Assembly (NCBI GenBank): GCA_964593365.1
Contig: CAZQGQ010000002.1
Coordinates: 21,671-85,670 of the forward strand
Source: an uncultured Candidatus Saccharibacteria bacterium
GTDB lineage: Bacteria > Patescibacteriota > Minisyncoccia > Phycocordibacterales > Phycocordibacteraceae
Length of the DNA: 64,000 nucleotides
Direction: 5' to 3'
Shown here: in pieces, positions 1 to 9,834 of the stretch
Numbering within the stretch: position 1 is the stretch's first letter
How the letters are laid out: every line of letters starts with the position of its first letter
Program-made: the position numbers and the translations under genes
The notes under the pieces: model-generated
Databases searched by the model: none
The model's input: only the letters and a program-made list of their open reading frames with translations
Told to the model about the DNA's origin: nothing

Positions 1-123
1 GCAAAGCGAGAATCTATTACTGATGAAGATATTCGGAAAATCCTCGACGAAGGAGGAGTACATGCCCGTCAGGTGAGTGAGGCTAAGATGCAGTTAGTGC
101 GAAAGGCTATTGGCGTAGCATAA
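1..123 (+). CDS. 3' end of an upstream gene (partial); the C-terminal tail resembles a Trp/Tyr-tRNA synthetase terminus
   Basis: Reading frame is open from position 1 to a stop at 121-123 (...DIRKILDEGGVHARQVSEAKMQLVRKAIGVA*). The IL-EG..AR...VR.A.G pattern is typical of the TrpRS C-terminus. The fragment is too short to be certain. Confidence 0.3.
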   Translation, partial: AKRESITDEDIRKILDEGGVHARQVSEAKMQLVRKAIGVA

Positions 124-130
124 TACTCAT

Positions 131-1525
131 ATGAAAGATCGAATACTCATTGGAGACCTTGGGAAGCACGTGGGGGAAACCGTAACCATCGCCGGATGGG
201 TAGATGTGCGTCGTGACCAGGGCAAGATGGTGTTTTTTGATTTCCGAGACATGAGCGGGATGGTGCAGGGTGTTGTGCTTCCGAAAAGTGAGGCTATGGA
301 TGCCGCCAAAGAAGTTCGATCTGAATTTGTTATTACCGTTACAGGTATTGTAAACAAGCGACCTGAAAAGAACGTACAGGCAGACAAGCTCAACGGCGAC
401 ATTGAGCTTGAGGTGACGGGAATCGAGATACTAAACCCTGCAGAGACGCTTCCGTTTGATATAACGACTGACACGAGCGGGATAGACGAACAGGTTCGAC
501 TCCAGTACCGCTATCTTGATTTGCGCTCAAGACGCATGCAAAACAACATGCGCGTGCGAAGCGAATTCATACGACGCTGCCGCGAGCACCTGTTTAGCAA
601 GCTGTTTACTGAAATAGAAACTCCGCTTCTCACCGAGTCCACTCCTGAAGGCTCTCGTGACTTTGTCGTGCCTTCGCGACTTAACCCAGGGAAGTTCTAC
701 GCACTTCCTCAGTCTCCCCAGCAATACAAGCAGCTTTTGATGACGGCAGGATTTGAACGCTACTTCCAGATCGCACGAGCCGTGCGTGATGAGGACCTTC
801 GTGCCGACCGCGGTTTCGAGCATAGCCAAATAGATATCGAGATGTCGTTCGTCACTATGGAGGACGTTATGGCGGCCGTAGAGGATATGATCACGACTGT
901 TGTTGAAGGCATGGGATACACGATTAAAGAGAAGCCATTTCCGCGCATTTCCTATAAAGATGCAATGGAAAAACACGGTGCAGATAAATTTGATCTACGC
1001 ACAGAAGAGGAGAAGCAGCAGGGCATTCTCGCATACGCGTGGGTAGTTAATTTCCCGTTCTTTGAGAAAACGGATGACGGTAAATGGACCTTCACTCACA
1101 ACCCGTTCTCAATGCCTATCCCTGAGCATGTTGAATGGCTTATGAAGGGGGAACACATAGAAGACATCCTTACGACGCAGTACGATCTCGTTTGCAACGG
1201 ATACGAATCAGGAGGGGGCTCAGTACGAGCACATCGTCCTGAGATCCTAGAAGCGACCTACAAAGTGATGGGATTCTCTAAAGATGAGATGGCAGAGCGA
1301 GTTGGACACATGCTAGACGCCTTTAAGTACGGAACTCCGCCCCATGGAGGCATCGCCCTTGGCGTCGAACGCAATATCATGAACTTGACCGGCGAAACCT
1401 ATCTTCGAGAAGTGCAGGCGTTTCCGATGACCCGTGGAGGACAGACTTCTGTGATGAAGGCACCAAAACCTCTGGAGAAGAAGCAGCTTGATGAGCTTGG
1501 ACTTGAACTAAAGAAAAAAGCATGA
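131..1525 (+). CDS. aspS: Aspartyl-tRNA synthetase, short form without the GAD insertion domain
   Basis: 464 aa. N-terminal OB fold and class II core motifs are present (FRDMSGMVQ, QSPQQYKQLLM, ERYFQIARAVRDEDLRADR, GGGSVR). The length fits archaeal-type or non-discriminating AspRS. Confidence 0.9.
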   Translation: MKDRILIGDLGKHVGETVTIAGWVDVRRDQGKMVFFDFRDMSGMVQGVVLPKSEAMDAAKEVRSEFVITVTGIVNKRPEKNVQADKLNGDIELEVTGIEILNPAETLPFDITTDTSGIDEQVRLQYRYLDLRSRRMQNNMRVRSEFIRRCREHLFSKLFTEIETPLLTESTPEGSRDFVVPSRLNPGKFYALPQSPQQYKQLLMTAGFERYFQIARAVRDEDLRADRGFEHSQIDIEMSFVTMEDVMAAVEDMITTVVEGMGYTIKEKPFPRISYKDAMEKHGADKFDLRTEEEKQQGILAYAWVVNFPFFEKTDDGKWTFTHNPFSMPIPEHVEWLMKGEHIEDILTTQYDLVCNGYESGGGSVRAHRPEILEATYKVMGFSKDEMAERVGHMLDAFKYGTPPHGGIALGVERNIMNLTGETYLREVQAFPMTRGGQTSVMKAPKPLEKKQLDELGLELKKKA

Positions 1526-2937
1526 ACATAACATTTGGAACGCAAATAGAGAAAGCACCAAAAGGGTATACCCGCGTCAAACTCACAACCGAAGCACGGG
1601 GAATCAAGCGTCTCGTGCGCGAAGACGGTGCCGATTGGCTTGAGATTGGAGCAGGGAAACCTTCAGATATGAATCTTCGTCGGTTCATTATTCTTTGTCG
1701 ATCTATCATCCAGGCTGCAAAGCAAAACAAATCAAAGAAAATTGCGCTGCAATTTGATGCAACGCCAGAACTCTTCAAGAATCTACAGAACATTACGCCA
1801 GAAGAAATTTCTTCGATTGCCGCTCAGAACTTCGAGATGGCTAACTTCGAGTTCACCACGTATAAGACAAAGCCGAAAAGTGGCTGGAACATCGTTGAAG
1901 ACCTTTTGCTTTGCGGAAAATCATACAAATCAATACACGCGGCTGCTAAGCGAGGACAGACGATAGGAGAAGCAGTAAACGCATGCCGTGCGCTCGCAAA
2001 CACTCCCGGAGGTGACATGACTCCTACGCGACTCGCCAAGGAAGCAAAGGATTCGGTCAAAGGTCTCCCCGTTGCCGTTAAAACCTTGAGCAAGGCAGAG
2101 ATACAGAAAGAAGGCATGGGACTTCTCCTTGGCGTTGCCCAAGGCTCTCCATTTCCTCCAAGCTTCACGATTATGGATTACAAGGGAGGAGCGGGTAAGC
2201 CGATCGTCCTTATCGGTAAAGGTGTCACTTTCGACAGCGGAGGACTGAACCTTAAGTCTGAGTCTGGAATCTATGAAATGCACATGGACATGTCGGGAGC
2301 TGCAGCGGTTATTCACGCAGTTGCGCTTGCTGCTCGCTTGAAGATAAAGAAGCGTGTCATCGGTCTTATCCCTGCAGTCGAGAACGCTCCAGGAAGCTAT
2401 GCCTATCGACCGGGAGACGTCTTGAAGTCTATGGCAGGGAAAACGGTTGAAGTACTGAACACTGACGCGGAAGGTCGTCTCATCCTTGCTGACGCTATTA
2501 CCTATGCCAAACGTTTGAAACCGTCTGTTGTAGTCGACGCGGCTACCTTGACCGGCGCATCAATGGTCGCACTTGGCCTCTATGCAAGCGGCCTCATGAC
2601 GCGTAACGACGAGCTTGCAGACGAGCTGCTCCAGCTTGGAGAGCAGACTGGGGATTATCTCTGGCGATTGCCGCTCTGGGACGAGTACGAAGAGGGGGTC
2701 AAAAGCTCCTTTGCAGATATAGCGAATGTTCCCGGGAACGGGGCATCAGCGCGCTATGGAGGAGCTACTAATGGCGGCATGTTTCTCTGGCAGTTTGCCA
2801 AAGAACTTGAGTGTCCATGGGCGCACCTTGATATAGCTCCGCGTATGACTTCTGCTCCAGGAGACGAGCTCGCCAAGGGAGCTGCCGGTGCTCCGGTGCG
2901 ACTGCTTCTATCCTTTATCGAGTCATGGAAAGCGTAG
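1522..2937 (+). CDS. pepA: Leucyl aminopeptidase, M17 family
   Basis: 471 aa. The NTDAEGRL signature and the DMSGAAAV metal-binding region are present. Start overlaps the aspS stop by 4 nt. Confidence 0.88.
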   Translation: MNITFGTQIEKAPKGYTRVKLTTEARGIKRLVREDGADWLEIGAGKPSDMNLRRFIILCRSIIQAAKQNKSKKIALQFDATPELFKNLQNITPEEISSIAAQNFEMANFEFTTYKTKPKSGWNIVEDLLLCGKSYKSIHAAAKRGQTIGEAVNACRALANTPGGDMTPTRLAKEAKDSVKGLPVAVKTLSKAEIQKEGMGLLLGVAQGSPFPPSFTIMDYKGGAGKPIVLIGKGVTFDSGGLNLKSESGIYEMHMDMSGAAAVIHAVALAARLKIKKRVIGLIPAVENAPGSYAYRPGDVLKSMAGKTVEVLNTDAEGRLILADAITYAKRLKPSVVVDAATLTGASMVALGLYASGLMTRNDELADELLQLGEQTGDYLWRLPLWDEYEEGVKSSFADIANVPGNGASARYGGATNGGMFLWQFAKELECPWAHLDIAPRMTSAPGDELAKGAAGAPVRLLLSFIESWKA

Positions 2938-3662
2938 CGACGTCAGGATTCCAGATACGGACCGAGGTGTACGAGGGACCTCTCGGGGTTCTGCTTGAGC
3001 TTATCCAAGAGAGGAAACTCCTGGTGAACGACTTCTCACTCTCTAAGGTCACCGATGAGTTCATTGCGTATGTGCGAGGACAAGGAAAGTTCCCGATAGA
3101 GGATGCTGCTGATTTCATTCAGATCGCCGCGACGCTGCTTCTCATAAAATCGAAGTCACTTATCCCTGACCTTGAACTCTCGGGAGACGAGGAGGAAGAC
3201 ATTGATGATCTCAAGCTCCGCTTGCTTGCCTATGAGCGGGCGAGGGAAGCAGCGAAAGAACTTTCCCGCATCTTCGGGCGCTCAGTGATGGTATCTGCGG
3301 GAGAACGCCTTCCAGACGTTGTCTTTGCGCCAAGCAAGGATATGACGCTTCAGAATCTTGAACGAGCGCTTCAGGAAGCACTCGCAGCGATGGAAAAGGA
3401 AGAAAAGCTTCCTGAGACACGCGTGCGCCCCATGGTCACTATCGAAGAGATGATGGATCGCCTGATGACGCGTGTACAAAGCGCACTCACTTTGTCTTTC
3501 TCTGAGTTTTCAGGAGGAGTGAAAGAGAAGGTGGAGGTGATCGTTTCGTTCCTAGCGATGCTTGAGCTTGTAAAGCAGGGAGCGATTGACGTTGCCCAGC
3601 ATGGGACGTTTTCGGAGATACGAATTACGAATACAACAGCGGATCTGCCTAAGTACGAATAG
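2925..3662 (+). CDS. scpA: Segregation and condensation protein A
   Basis: 245 aa. N-terminal YEGPLGVLLELIQ matches the ScpA FEGPLDLL signature. Confidence 0.8.
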   Translation: MESVATSGFQIRTEVYEGPLGVLLELIQERKLLVNDFSLSKVTDEFIAYVRGQGKFPIEDAADFIQIAATLLLIKSKSLIPDLELSGDEEEDIDDLKLRLLAYERAREAAKELSRIFGRSVMVSAGERLPDVVFAPSKDMTLQNLERALQEALAAMEKEEKLPETRVRPMVTIEEMMDRLMTRVQSALTLSFSEFSGGVKEKVEVIVSFLAMLELVKQGAIDVAQHGTFSEIRITNTTADLPKYE

Positions 3663-3665
3663 CGC

Positions 3666-4118
3666 ATGCCTCACATCCACGAAAAGATAGATTTCACCGT
3701 TGAGGTGTTTATCGTCCATAGGGATAAAGTTCTCCTAAGGAAGCACGACAAGTACGGCATCTGGCTTTCGATCGGCGGACACATCGAACTCGACGAAGAT
3801 CCAAACCAAGCTGCTCTTCGAGAGGTAAAGGAGGAAGTTGGTCTAGACATCGAACTCTATGACACCAGAGGCTTTACGCACGAGGAGAACGACTTTAAGG
3901 AACTCGTTGCTCCGATAGCACAGAACCGCCATAGGATCTCACCGACTCATGAGCACGTTAGTTCAGTGTACTTTGGGCGAGCTACATCAGACGTCGTTAT
4001 TCCAGAAAAGGAAACTGATGAGTGGAAATGGTATACGGTAGAAAACCTCGATACGCTTGATGGGATACGTCCCGACGTCGCTTATTACGCCAAACGCGCG
4101 ATCAAAGAGCTTTCGTAA
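3666..4118 (+). CDS. NUDIX hydrolase
   Basis: 150 aa. Nudix box GGHIELDEDPNQAALREVKEEVGL fits GX5EX7REUXEEXGU. Confidence 0.75.
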   Translation: MPHIHEKIDFTVEVFIVHRDKVLLRKHDKYGIWLSIGGHIELDEDPNQAALREVKEEVGLDIELYDTRGFTHEENDFKELVAPIAQNRHRISPTHEHVSSVYFGRATSDVVIPEKETDEWKWYTVENLDTLDGIRPDVAYYAKRAIKELS

Positions 4119-4886
4119 CTAAAGAACGACAAAAAAGAATAGGAGCGCAAGTACGATTCGGTAGACGCCGAAAGGAATAAACGTATGGCTTCGCACATAT
4201 TGGAGAAGGAACTTGATGGAAGCGAATGCAACGATAAAGGAAATCACGAATCCAACCGCAAGGAGACCGAAGTCGTCAGGTGTGAAGAGTCCTGCGCTCT
4301 TATAAAGATCGAGACCCGTTGCGGCAAACATGACGGGGACCGCAAGCAAGAACGAGAACTCGACGACCGCAACGCGTCCAACGCCAAGCAGCAAACCTCC
4401 GAGGATGGTTGCAGCAGAACGTGAGACTCCAGGGATAATAGCGAGTGACTGGCACACGCCGATCCAAAACGATTGCGTGTAGGAAATGTCTTTAGTTTCC
4501 TTAGCAGCGGATTCTGATTCCTTATGCAGGAGCTCGAACGCGATAAGCGCCACGCCTCCAAGCAAGAGTGCCCAGAGAACTACCTGCGTGTTCTCAAGCA
4601 GATATTCCTTAGCGAATCCATACAAGAGGAGACCGATCACTCCTGTCGGAATAAACGCGACGATGACGCGCTTGAGGATCGCAATATCAAGGAAAGAGCG
4701 CCAGTAGAGAGCAACCACAGCGAGAATGGCTCCGAGCTGTATGGCTATTTCAAAGCTCTTGAGAAACTCTGTTGAGGGAATGCCAAGAAGGTCACTTACC
4801 AGAATCAAGTGACCGGTAGAAGAAACCGGCAGAAATTCTGTGAGTCCTTCAACGACTCCCAAAATGATCGCGTCTAAATAGCTCAT
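4119..4886 (-). CDS. uppP: Undecaprenyl-diphosphatase (UppP/BacA)
   Basis: 255 aa polytopic membrane protein with the EGLTEFLPVSSTGHL signature. Confidence 0.9.
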   Translation of the reverse strand: MSYLDAIILGVVEGLTEFLPVSSTGHLILVSDLLGIPSTEFLKSFEIAIQLGAILAVVALYWRSFLDIAILKRVIVAFIPTGVIGLLLYGFAKEYLLENTQVVLWALLLGGVALIAFELLHKESESAAKETKDISYTQSFWIGVCQSLAIIPGVSRSAATILGGLLLGVGRVAVVEFSFLLAVPVMFAATGLDLYKSAGLFTPDDFGLLAVGFVISFIVAFASIKFLLQYVRSHTFIPFGVYRIVLALLFFFVVL

Positions 4887-4912
4887 GTGGCCCCTAGTAT
4901 ACCGCGAGCGCT

Positions 4913-5497
4913 TTGCCCCAAGGGCTTAGCGCGGTATTCTGTAGCCTATCTATGCAGCTTACGCCCCCAGCACTCCTTGAAGCGCTCCTCTTCTCTGCAG
5001 GAGAGCCAATAGCCAAAAAGCGCCTTGCATCCCTCATTGGGGTCACTCCTGACATGCTCGAGAAGGCAGTTGAAGTCCTCAAAGATGACCTAGCGACTCG
5101 AGGTCTTTCTTTAGTTGAAACGGACGACGAGCTTGAGCTTCGCACCTCGCCTGAAGCAGCTGATTTTGTGAAAAAGCTCCGAGAGGCAGAACTGTCACGC
5201 GACCTTGGAAAGGCAAGCCTTGAGACACTTGCGATCGTGCTCTATAAGGGAAGCGCAACTCGAGGAGAGATCGATTGGGTGCGAGGCGTGAATTCGTCTG
5301 CAGCACTCCGCTCCCTTATGCTTCGCGGACTGGTTGAGCGAACCGAAGACACGACTGACCGACGTCGTGCTCGTTATAAGACCACCATCGATGCGCTTGC
5401 GCACCTTGGCGTTACCGAACGCTCCGCGCTCCCGCGCTATGAGGAACTGACCGGCATGCTTGATGAGCGAGCAGTCTCTGAAGAAACACCTGCATGA
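4913..5497 (+). CDS. scpB: Segregation and condensation protein B
   Basis: 194 aa. ALLFSAGEP motif and tandem winged-helix pattern. The true start may be the internal Met near 4952. Confidence 0.8.
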   Translation: MPQGLSAVFCSLSMQLTPPALLEALLFSAGEPIAKKRLASLIGVTPDMLEKAVEVLKDDLATRGLSLVETDDELELRTSPEAADFVKKLREAELSRDLGKASLETLAIVLYKGSATRGEIDWVRGVNSSAALRSLMLRGLVERTEDTTDRRRARYKTTIDALAHLGVTERSALPRYEELTGMLDERAVSEETPA

Positions 5498-6432
5498 TTA
5501 ATCTCGGACACATCTTCTCGAAGCTTCAGGCACGCGAACACGCTGGGCTTTTCTTTGCAGGTCTTGCGCTTGTGCTTGCTGTAGGCGCGCTTGGTACCGC
5601 TCAGTTTCTTGCGCGTCCAGAACCGGTGGTCGTTGAAACTCCAGCGCCAGCGCCAAATCCATACGGGAAGGTCGTGCTTACTGCTAAAGCAGCGATCGTG
5701 TACGACCTCATAACCGGCGAGGTGCTCTACGAGAAGAACGCGGAAGCCCAGCTCCCACTTGCGTCTCTCACAAAGCTTTTGACCTTGTACGCAGCAGCTG
5801 ACGCACTTGCCGGAGGAGCGCCAGTCCCGATGACTGCGGCTTCGCTTGCCCAAGAAGGAGATAACGGATTTAGCGAAGGAGAGCGATTCACATTCACCGA
5901 ACTTGCAAAGCTTGCTCTGGTCGCTTCATCAAATGACGCGGCTGATGCTATTGCCGTTGCCGCAGAGAGAAGCCGAGGAATGGATAAGGAACAATTGCTT
6001 GCGGCAGCGGGAAGCGCCGTTGGGCTTTCGCAGACCTACACGCTAAACGGAACAGGACTTGATGAAAGCAGCATCATTTCAGGCGGCTATGGATCCGCAC
6101 GCGATATGGCGCTTCTTGCAGGAGCCTTTCTTGAGCGCGTTCCTGGAATTGCCAGGGCAACATTGAACGCAACAGTGTCTGCAACCTCCCTTGATGGCCG
6201 CTCCTACACGCTTGAGAACACGAACCCCGAAGTCTCTACTATCCCAGGACTGCGCCTTTCAAAGACAGGGTATACGGATCTTGCAGGCGGGAACCTCGCG
6301 ATCGTCTTTGATGCTGGAATGAACCATCCGATCGCCGTGGTCGTTCTTGGCTCGACGCGGGAGGAACGATTTAGCGACGTTGATAAGCTCGTTCGCGCAA
6401 CAGCTTCTTCCTTTGCAGGACTCCTTCCATGA
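5494..6432 (+). CDS. D-alanyl-D-alanine carboxypeptidase, S11 penicillin-binding family
   Basis: 312 aa. N-terminal membrane anchor, then SxxK (SLTKLLT), SxN (SSNDAA) and KTG (KTGYT) motifs. Confidence 0.75.
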   Translation: MINLGHIFSKLQAREHAGLFFAGLALVLAVGALGTAQFLARPEPVVVETPAPAPNPYGKVVLTAKAAIVYDLITGEVLYEKNAEAQLPLASLTKLLTLYAAADALAGGAPVPMTAASLAQEGDNGFSEGERFTFTELAKLALVASSNDAADAIAVAAERSRGMDKEQLLAAAGSAVGLSQTYTLNGTGLDESSIISGGYGSARDMALLAGAFLERVPGIARATLNATVSATSLDGRSYTLENTNPEVSTIPGLRLSKTGYTDLAGGNLAIVFDAGMNHPIAVVVLGSTREERFSDVDKLVRATASSFAGLLP

Positions 6433-7490
6433 TTCTCGACGCCGCACGAGTCCTGATTCCGTTCATCCTCGCCTTTGCGACAGGAATCATACTCGCGCCC
6501 CTACTCGCTAACGAGCTCTACCGCAGGAAAGCCTGGAAGAAGAAAGCAGGGAAGGGAAACGGAATGGGAGATGAAAACGGCACTCCTTTGTTTGATGAAC
6601 TGCATCGGGAGCATGAGATGCGTGCGCCTCGCATGGGCGGCATGTTGGTATGGGCATCGGTTGCCTTAACCGCCTTTGGACTCGTGATTCTCGCATATTT
6701 GTTTAATGGCGTGTTCTCGCTTCTTGATTTCGTGAATCGCGGACAAACGTGGCTTCCGCTTGTCGCGCTCCTGGTTGGCGGGGTCGCTGGCTTATTCGAT
6801 GACTTCCTAGAAGTGAAAAGCGGGACGGGAGGACTTAAGCTTCGTTGGAGACTTTTAGTTGTAGCTATCATGGGCGCGTTTGCAGGCTGGTGGTTTTTTG
6901 AAAAGCTTGGCGTCTCCGCAGTCGGCCTGCCGTTCTTTGGTCCCTTCGAACTTGGTCTTCTGTTCATTCCGTTTTTCATACTGGTAACACTGGCTTTGTA
7001 CGCAAGCGGAGTAATAGACGGGATTGATGGACTTGCCGGGGGCGTGTTCGCGATTATCTTCATGGCCTATGCGGGAATCGCGTTTGCACAAAACCAGATC
7101 GCACTCTCGGCCTTTGCAGCAGCGGTTTCTGGCGGCTTGTTCGCATTCCTCTGGTTTAACGTGCCGCCTGCGCGCTTCTACCTTTCCGAGACCGGAACGA
7201 TGGCGCTCACGCTCGCGCTTGCCGTAACCGCCTTTTCAACCGACGTGCTTGGGGATGGGGTAGGGGTGGGTGTTCTTCCCTTTATCGCGCTTCCGCTTGC
7301 AGCCACCGTCGGTACGAGCGTTCTCCAGGTGCTCTGGAAGAAAATATGGAAGAAGAAGCTGTTTCGCATCGCTCCTATCCATCATCACTTTGAAGCGGTC
7401 GGCTGGCCGCCTTACAAGGTGACTATGCGCTATTGGATCATCACGATTATCGCGAGCGTGTTTGGTCTTGCGATGGCGCTTTTGAAATAA
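6429..7490 (+). CDS. mraY: Phospho-N-acetylmuramoyl-pentapeptide transferase
   Basis: 353 aa. DDxxE-type LFDDFLEV, GIDGLAGG and HHHFE motifs with multiple transmembrane segments. Confidence 0.9.
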   Translation: MILDAARVLIPFILAFATGIILAPLLANELYRRKAWKKKAGKGNGMGDENGTPLFDELHREHEMRAPRMGGMLVWASVALTAFGLVILAYLFNGVFSLLDFVNRGQTWLPLVALLVGGVAGLFDDFLEVKSGTGGLKLRWRLLVVAIMGAFAGWWFFEKLGVSAVGLPFFGPFELGLLFIPFFILVTLALYASGVIDGIDGLAGGVFAIIFMAYAGIAFAQNQIALSAFAAAVSGGLFAFLWFNVPPARFYLSETGTMALTLALAVTAFSTDVLGDGVGVGVLPFIALPLAATVGTSVLQVLWKKIWKKKLFRIAPIHHHFEAVGWPPYKVTMRYWIITIIASVFGLAMALLK

Positions 7491-7547
7491 ACGAGGCCTC
7501 TCAACTATAAGTATGGGTGAGGGCAGTGTAAGATTTGCGCAGAGCCT

Positions 7548-8657
7548 ATGAGAAAAACCATTTCCGGCGACCGCGTTTTCTTCTTTATCGTCCTCATTCT
7601 CGTTGTTGGAGGCATCGCTACCTTTGCCTCTGCTGCCCTTGGCCTTCTTGCGCGCCCAGACTCAGCGCTCGGCCGGCTTGCGTTCACCCAGCTTGCGCTT
7701 GGACTTATTCCGGGTGTGATCGCCCTTCTCATTCTTCGCTTCTCTCCGCAGGCATTGATCGCTCAAGGGGCACCATGGATCTATGGCATTACGGTTGTAG
7801 CGACAGCGCTCGTGTTTGTCCCGGGACTTGGAGAGACGGTGAACGGAGCCACGCGCTGGATTGATGTTGGGTTTACGACTATTCAGCCAGGGGAGTTCCT
7901 GAAGATAGGCGTGGTGCTCATGCTCGCATTTCATCTTGCCCGAGTGAAAGGGAAGCTGCATGAGTTTTCGCATGGCCTTATCCCGTTCTTGCTCATCGTC
8001 GGGGTTCCGTCGCTTATTCTCTTGCTCCAGCCAAACACCTCAACAGTGATCGTGATCGGCATCATGGCGACGGCGCTCTACATTCTTGCTGGCGCTCCGT
8101 TTCGCGATATCGCGATCATAGGCGTTATCGCGGTCGTATTGCTTGGCGTCCTTCTTATGATGCGACCGTACTTGATGGATCGAGTTGCGACGTACTTCGA
8201 TCCCGCCCGAGACCCGCTCTCTTCCGGATATCAGATCCAGCAATCCTTGATCGCCATTGGTTCCGGGCAGATCATTGGCCGCGGATTCGGGCAAAGCGCT
8301 CAGAAGTTTAATTATCTTCCTGAACCGGTAGGGGATTCCGTGTTCGCGGTCTACGGCGAGGAGTTCGGGTTTGTCGGCGCAGTGTTACTCATATTGTTAT
8401 TTACTGCCTTTGCAGCGCGCGGCTTTTACATTGCCTCTTATGCGTCCACTATGTTCGGTTCGCTCACTGCGGCGGGCCTGACGCTCATCATCGTCATCTC
8501 GGCGTTCTTGAATATCGGAGCGATGCTTGCCATTTTGCCATTGACCGGATTGCCGCTTCCGTTTGTCTCCCACGGAGGAACCGCACTTTTGGCGGCCCTG
8601 GCTTCGGTTGGGATCATCTTGAACGTCGCCGCGCACCGCAAATCTAAGCGGGCCTAG
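7548..8657 (+). CDS. ftsW: SEDS-family peptidoglycan glycosyltransferase FtsW/RodA
   Basis: 369 aa, 10 TM. GEFLKIGVVL and PLPFVSHGGTALL motifs. Lies between mraY and murG. Confidence 0.85.
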   Translation: MRKTISGDRVFFFIVLILVVGGIATFASAALGLLARPDSALGRLAFTQLALGLIPGVIALLILRFSPQALIAQGAPWIYGITVVATALVFVPGLGETVNGATRWIDVGFTTIQPGEFLKIGVVLMLAFHLARVKGKLHEFSHGLIPFLLIVGVPSLILLLQPNTSTVIVIGIMATALYILAGAPFRDIAIIGVIAVVLLGVLLMMRPYLMDRVATYFDPARDPLSSGYQIQQSLIAIGSGQIIGRGFGQSAQKFNYLPEPVGDSVFAVYGEEFGFVGAVLLILLFTAFAARGFYIASYASTMFGSLTAAGLTLIIVISAFLNIGAMLAILPLTGLPLPFVSHGGTALLAALASVGIILNVAAHRKSKRA

Positions 8658-8682
8658 AGTGTTATAATCGCGGGATACTGCC

Positions 8683-9834
8683 ATGAAAGTCGTATTTACG
8701 GGAAGCGGGACGGGCGGACATTTCTACCCCAACATAGCCGTCGCAGAATCCATGCGAGCTATTGCTCGTGAGCGCAGGCTCCTTATGCCGCGCCTCTACT
8801 ACCTTGCCCCCTCAGCTTTCGATCAGGAGGCCCTCTTTGAGAACGAGATCATCTTTATACGTTGCCCTGCAGGGAAGTGGCGCAGGTATTTCTCCTTCCA
8901 GAACTTCACCGACCTATTTGTAACCGGGCTTGGGTTTATCTCTGCGATCTTCTCGCTCTTTCGCATCTATCCGGATGTCGTCTTTTCTAAAGGAGGGTAT
9001 GCGAGCGTTCCGGTCGTACTTGCTGCGCGCATGCTTGGCATTCCGGTGATGATCCATGAGTCAGACGCAAAGCCAGGGCGCGCCAACATCATGGCTTCAG
9101 GTTTTGCTATGCGCATCGCGGTTGCCTTTGATAGCGCGTCTGCTTATTTTCCGAAGAAAACACGGAGCAAGATCGCACGTACTGGTATCCCGATCCGATC
9201 GGGACTCACGCGTCCAGAGCCTGAAGGTGCTCGCGAAGAATTGAAGCTCGATATGTCCGTCCCTACCATCCTCATTCTTGGAGGGTCCTCAGGAGCACAG
9301 CGTTTGAATGACATCGTGCTTGGGGCATTGCCCGAGCTTATCGAGGAAGCCAACGTCATCCACCAGACCGGGAAAGATAACTTCCAGGGAGTCGAGGCGC
9401 TTGCGCGCTTGGTGCTTGAAAAGGGAGGCAACGCAGCTCGCTACCATCCGTTCCCATTCCTTTCGGTTCTTTCGCTTCGCCGAGGCGCAGGTGCAGCTGA
9501 CCTCGTCATCTCTCGCGCAGGCTCGACGACCGTTGCTGAGATCGCGCTATGGAAAAAGCCGGCTATTCTCGTTCCTATTCCTGAGTCCGTGAGCCATGAC
9601 CAGCGTGCAAACGCCTATGCATACGCTAATACCGGGGCTGCCATCGTGATCGAGGAAGCGAACCTCACCGCTCACGTCCTTGCCTCTGAAGTGAAGCGCT
9701 TGCTCGGGGACGCCACACTTCGAAAGACGATGGGAGAACAGAGTTCAACGTTTGCAAACGCAAACGCCGCAAACATCATTGCCGAAGAGATCATCGCGAT
9801 CGGACTTTCGCATGAGCCGATCATCCCGTCATGA
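8683..9834 (+). CDS. murG: Undecaprenyldiphospho-muramoylpentapeptide beta-N-acetylglucosaminyltransferase
   Basis: 383 aa. N-terminal GSGTGGHFYPNIAV and C-terminal SRAGSTTVAEIA signatures. A TGTTATAAT hexamer lies 17 nt upstream. Confidence 0.9.
   Translation: MKVVFTGSGTGGHFYPNIAVAESMRAIARERRLLMPRLYYLAPSAFDQEALFENEIIFIRCPAGKWRRYFSFQNFTDLFVTGLGFISAIFSLFRIYPDVVFSKGGYASVPVVLAARMLGIPVMIHESDAKPGRANIMASGFAMRIAVAFDSASAYFPKKTRSKIARTGIPIRSGLTRPEPEGAREELKLDMSVPTILILGGSSGAQRLNDIVLGALPELIEEANVIHQTGKDNFQGVEALARLVLEKGGNAARYHPFPFLSVLSLRRGAGAADLVISRAGSTTVAEIALWKKPAILVPIPESVSHDQRANAYAYANTGAAIVIEEANLTAHVLASEVKRLLGDATLRKTMGEQSSTFANANAANIIAEEIIAIGLSHEPIIPS

Noticed and set aside
127-474. 115-aa ORF antisense to aspS, and similar antisense ORFs (760..948, 1377..1793, 1824..2316)
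   Set aside because: They are fully embedded in well-supported genes on the opposite strand, with no independent signals.
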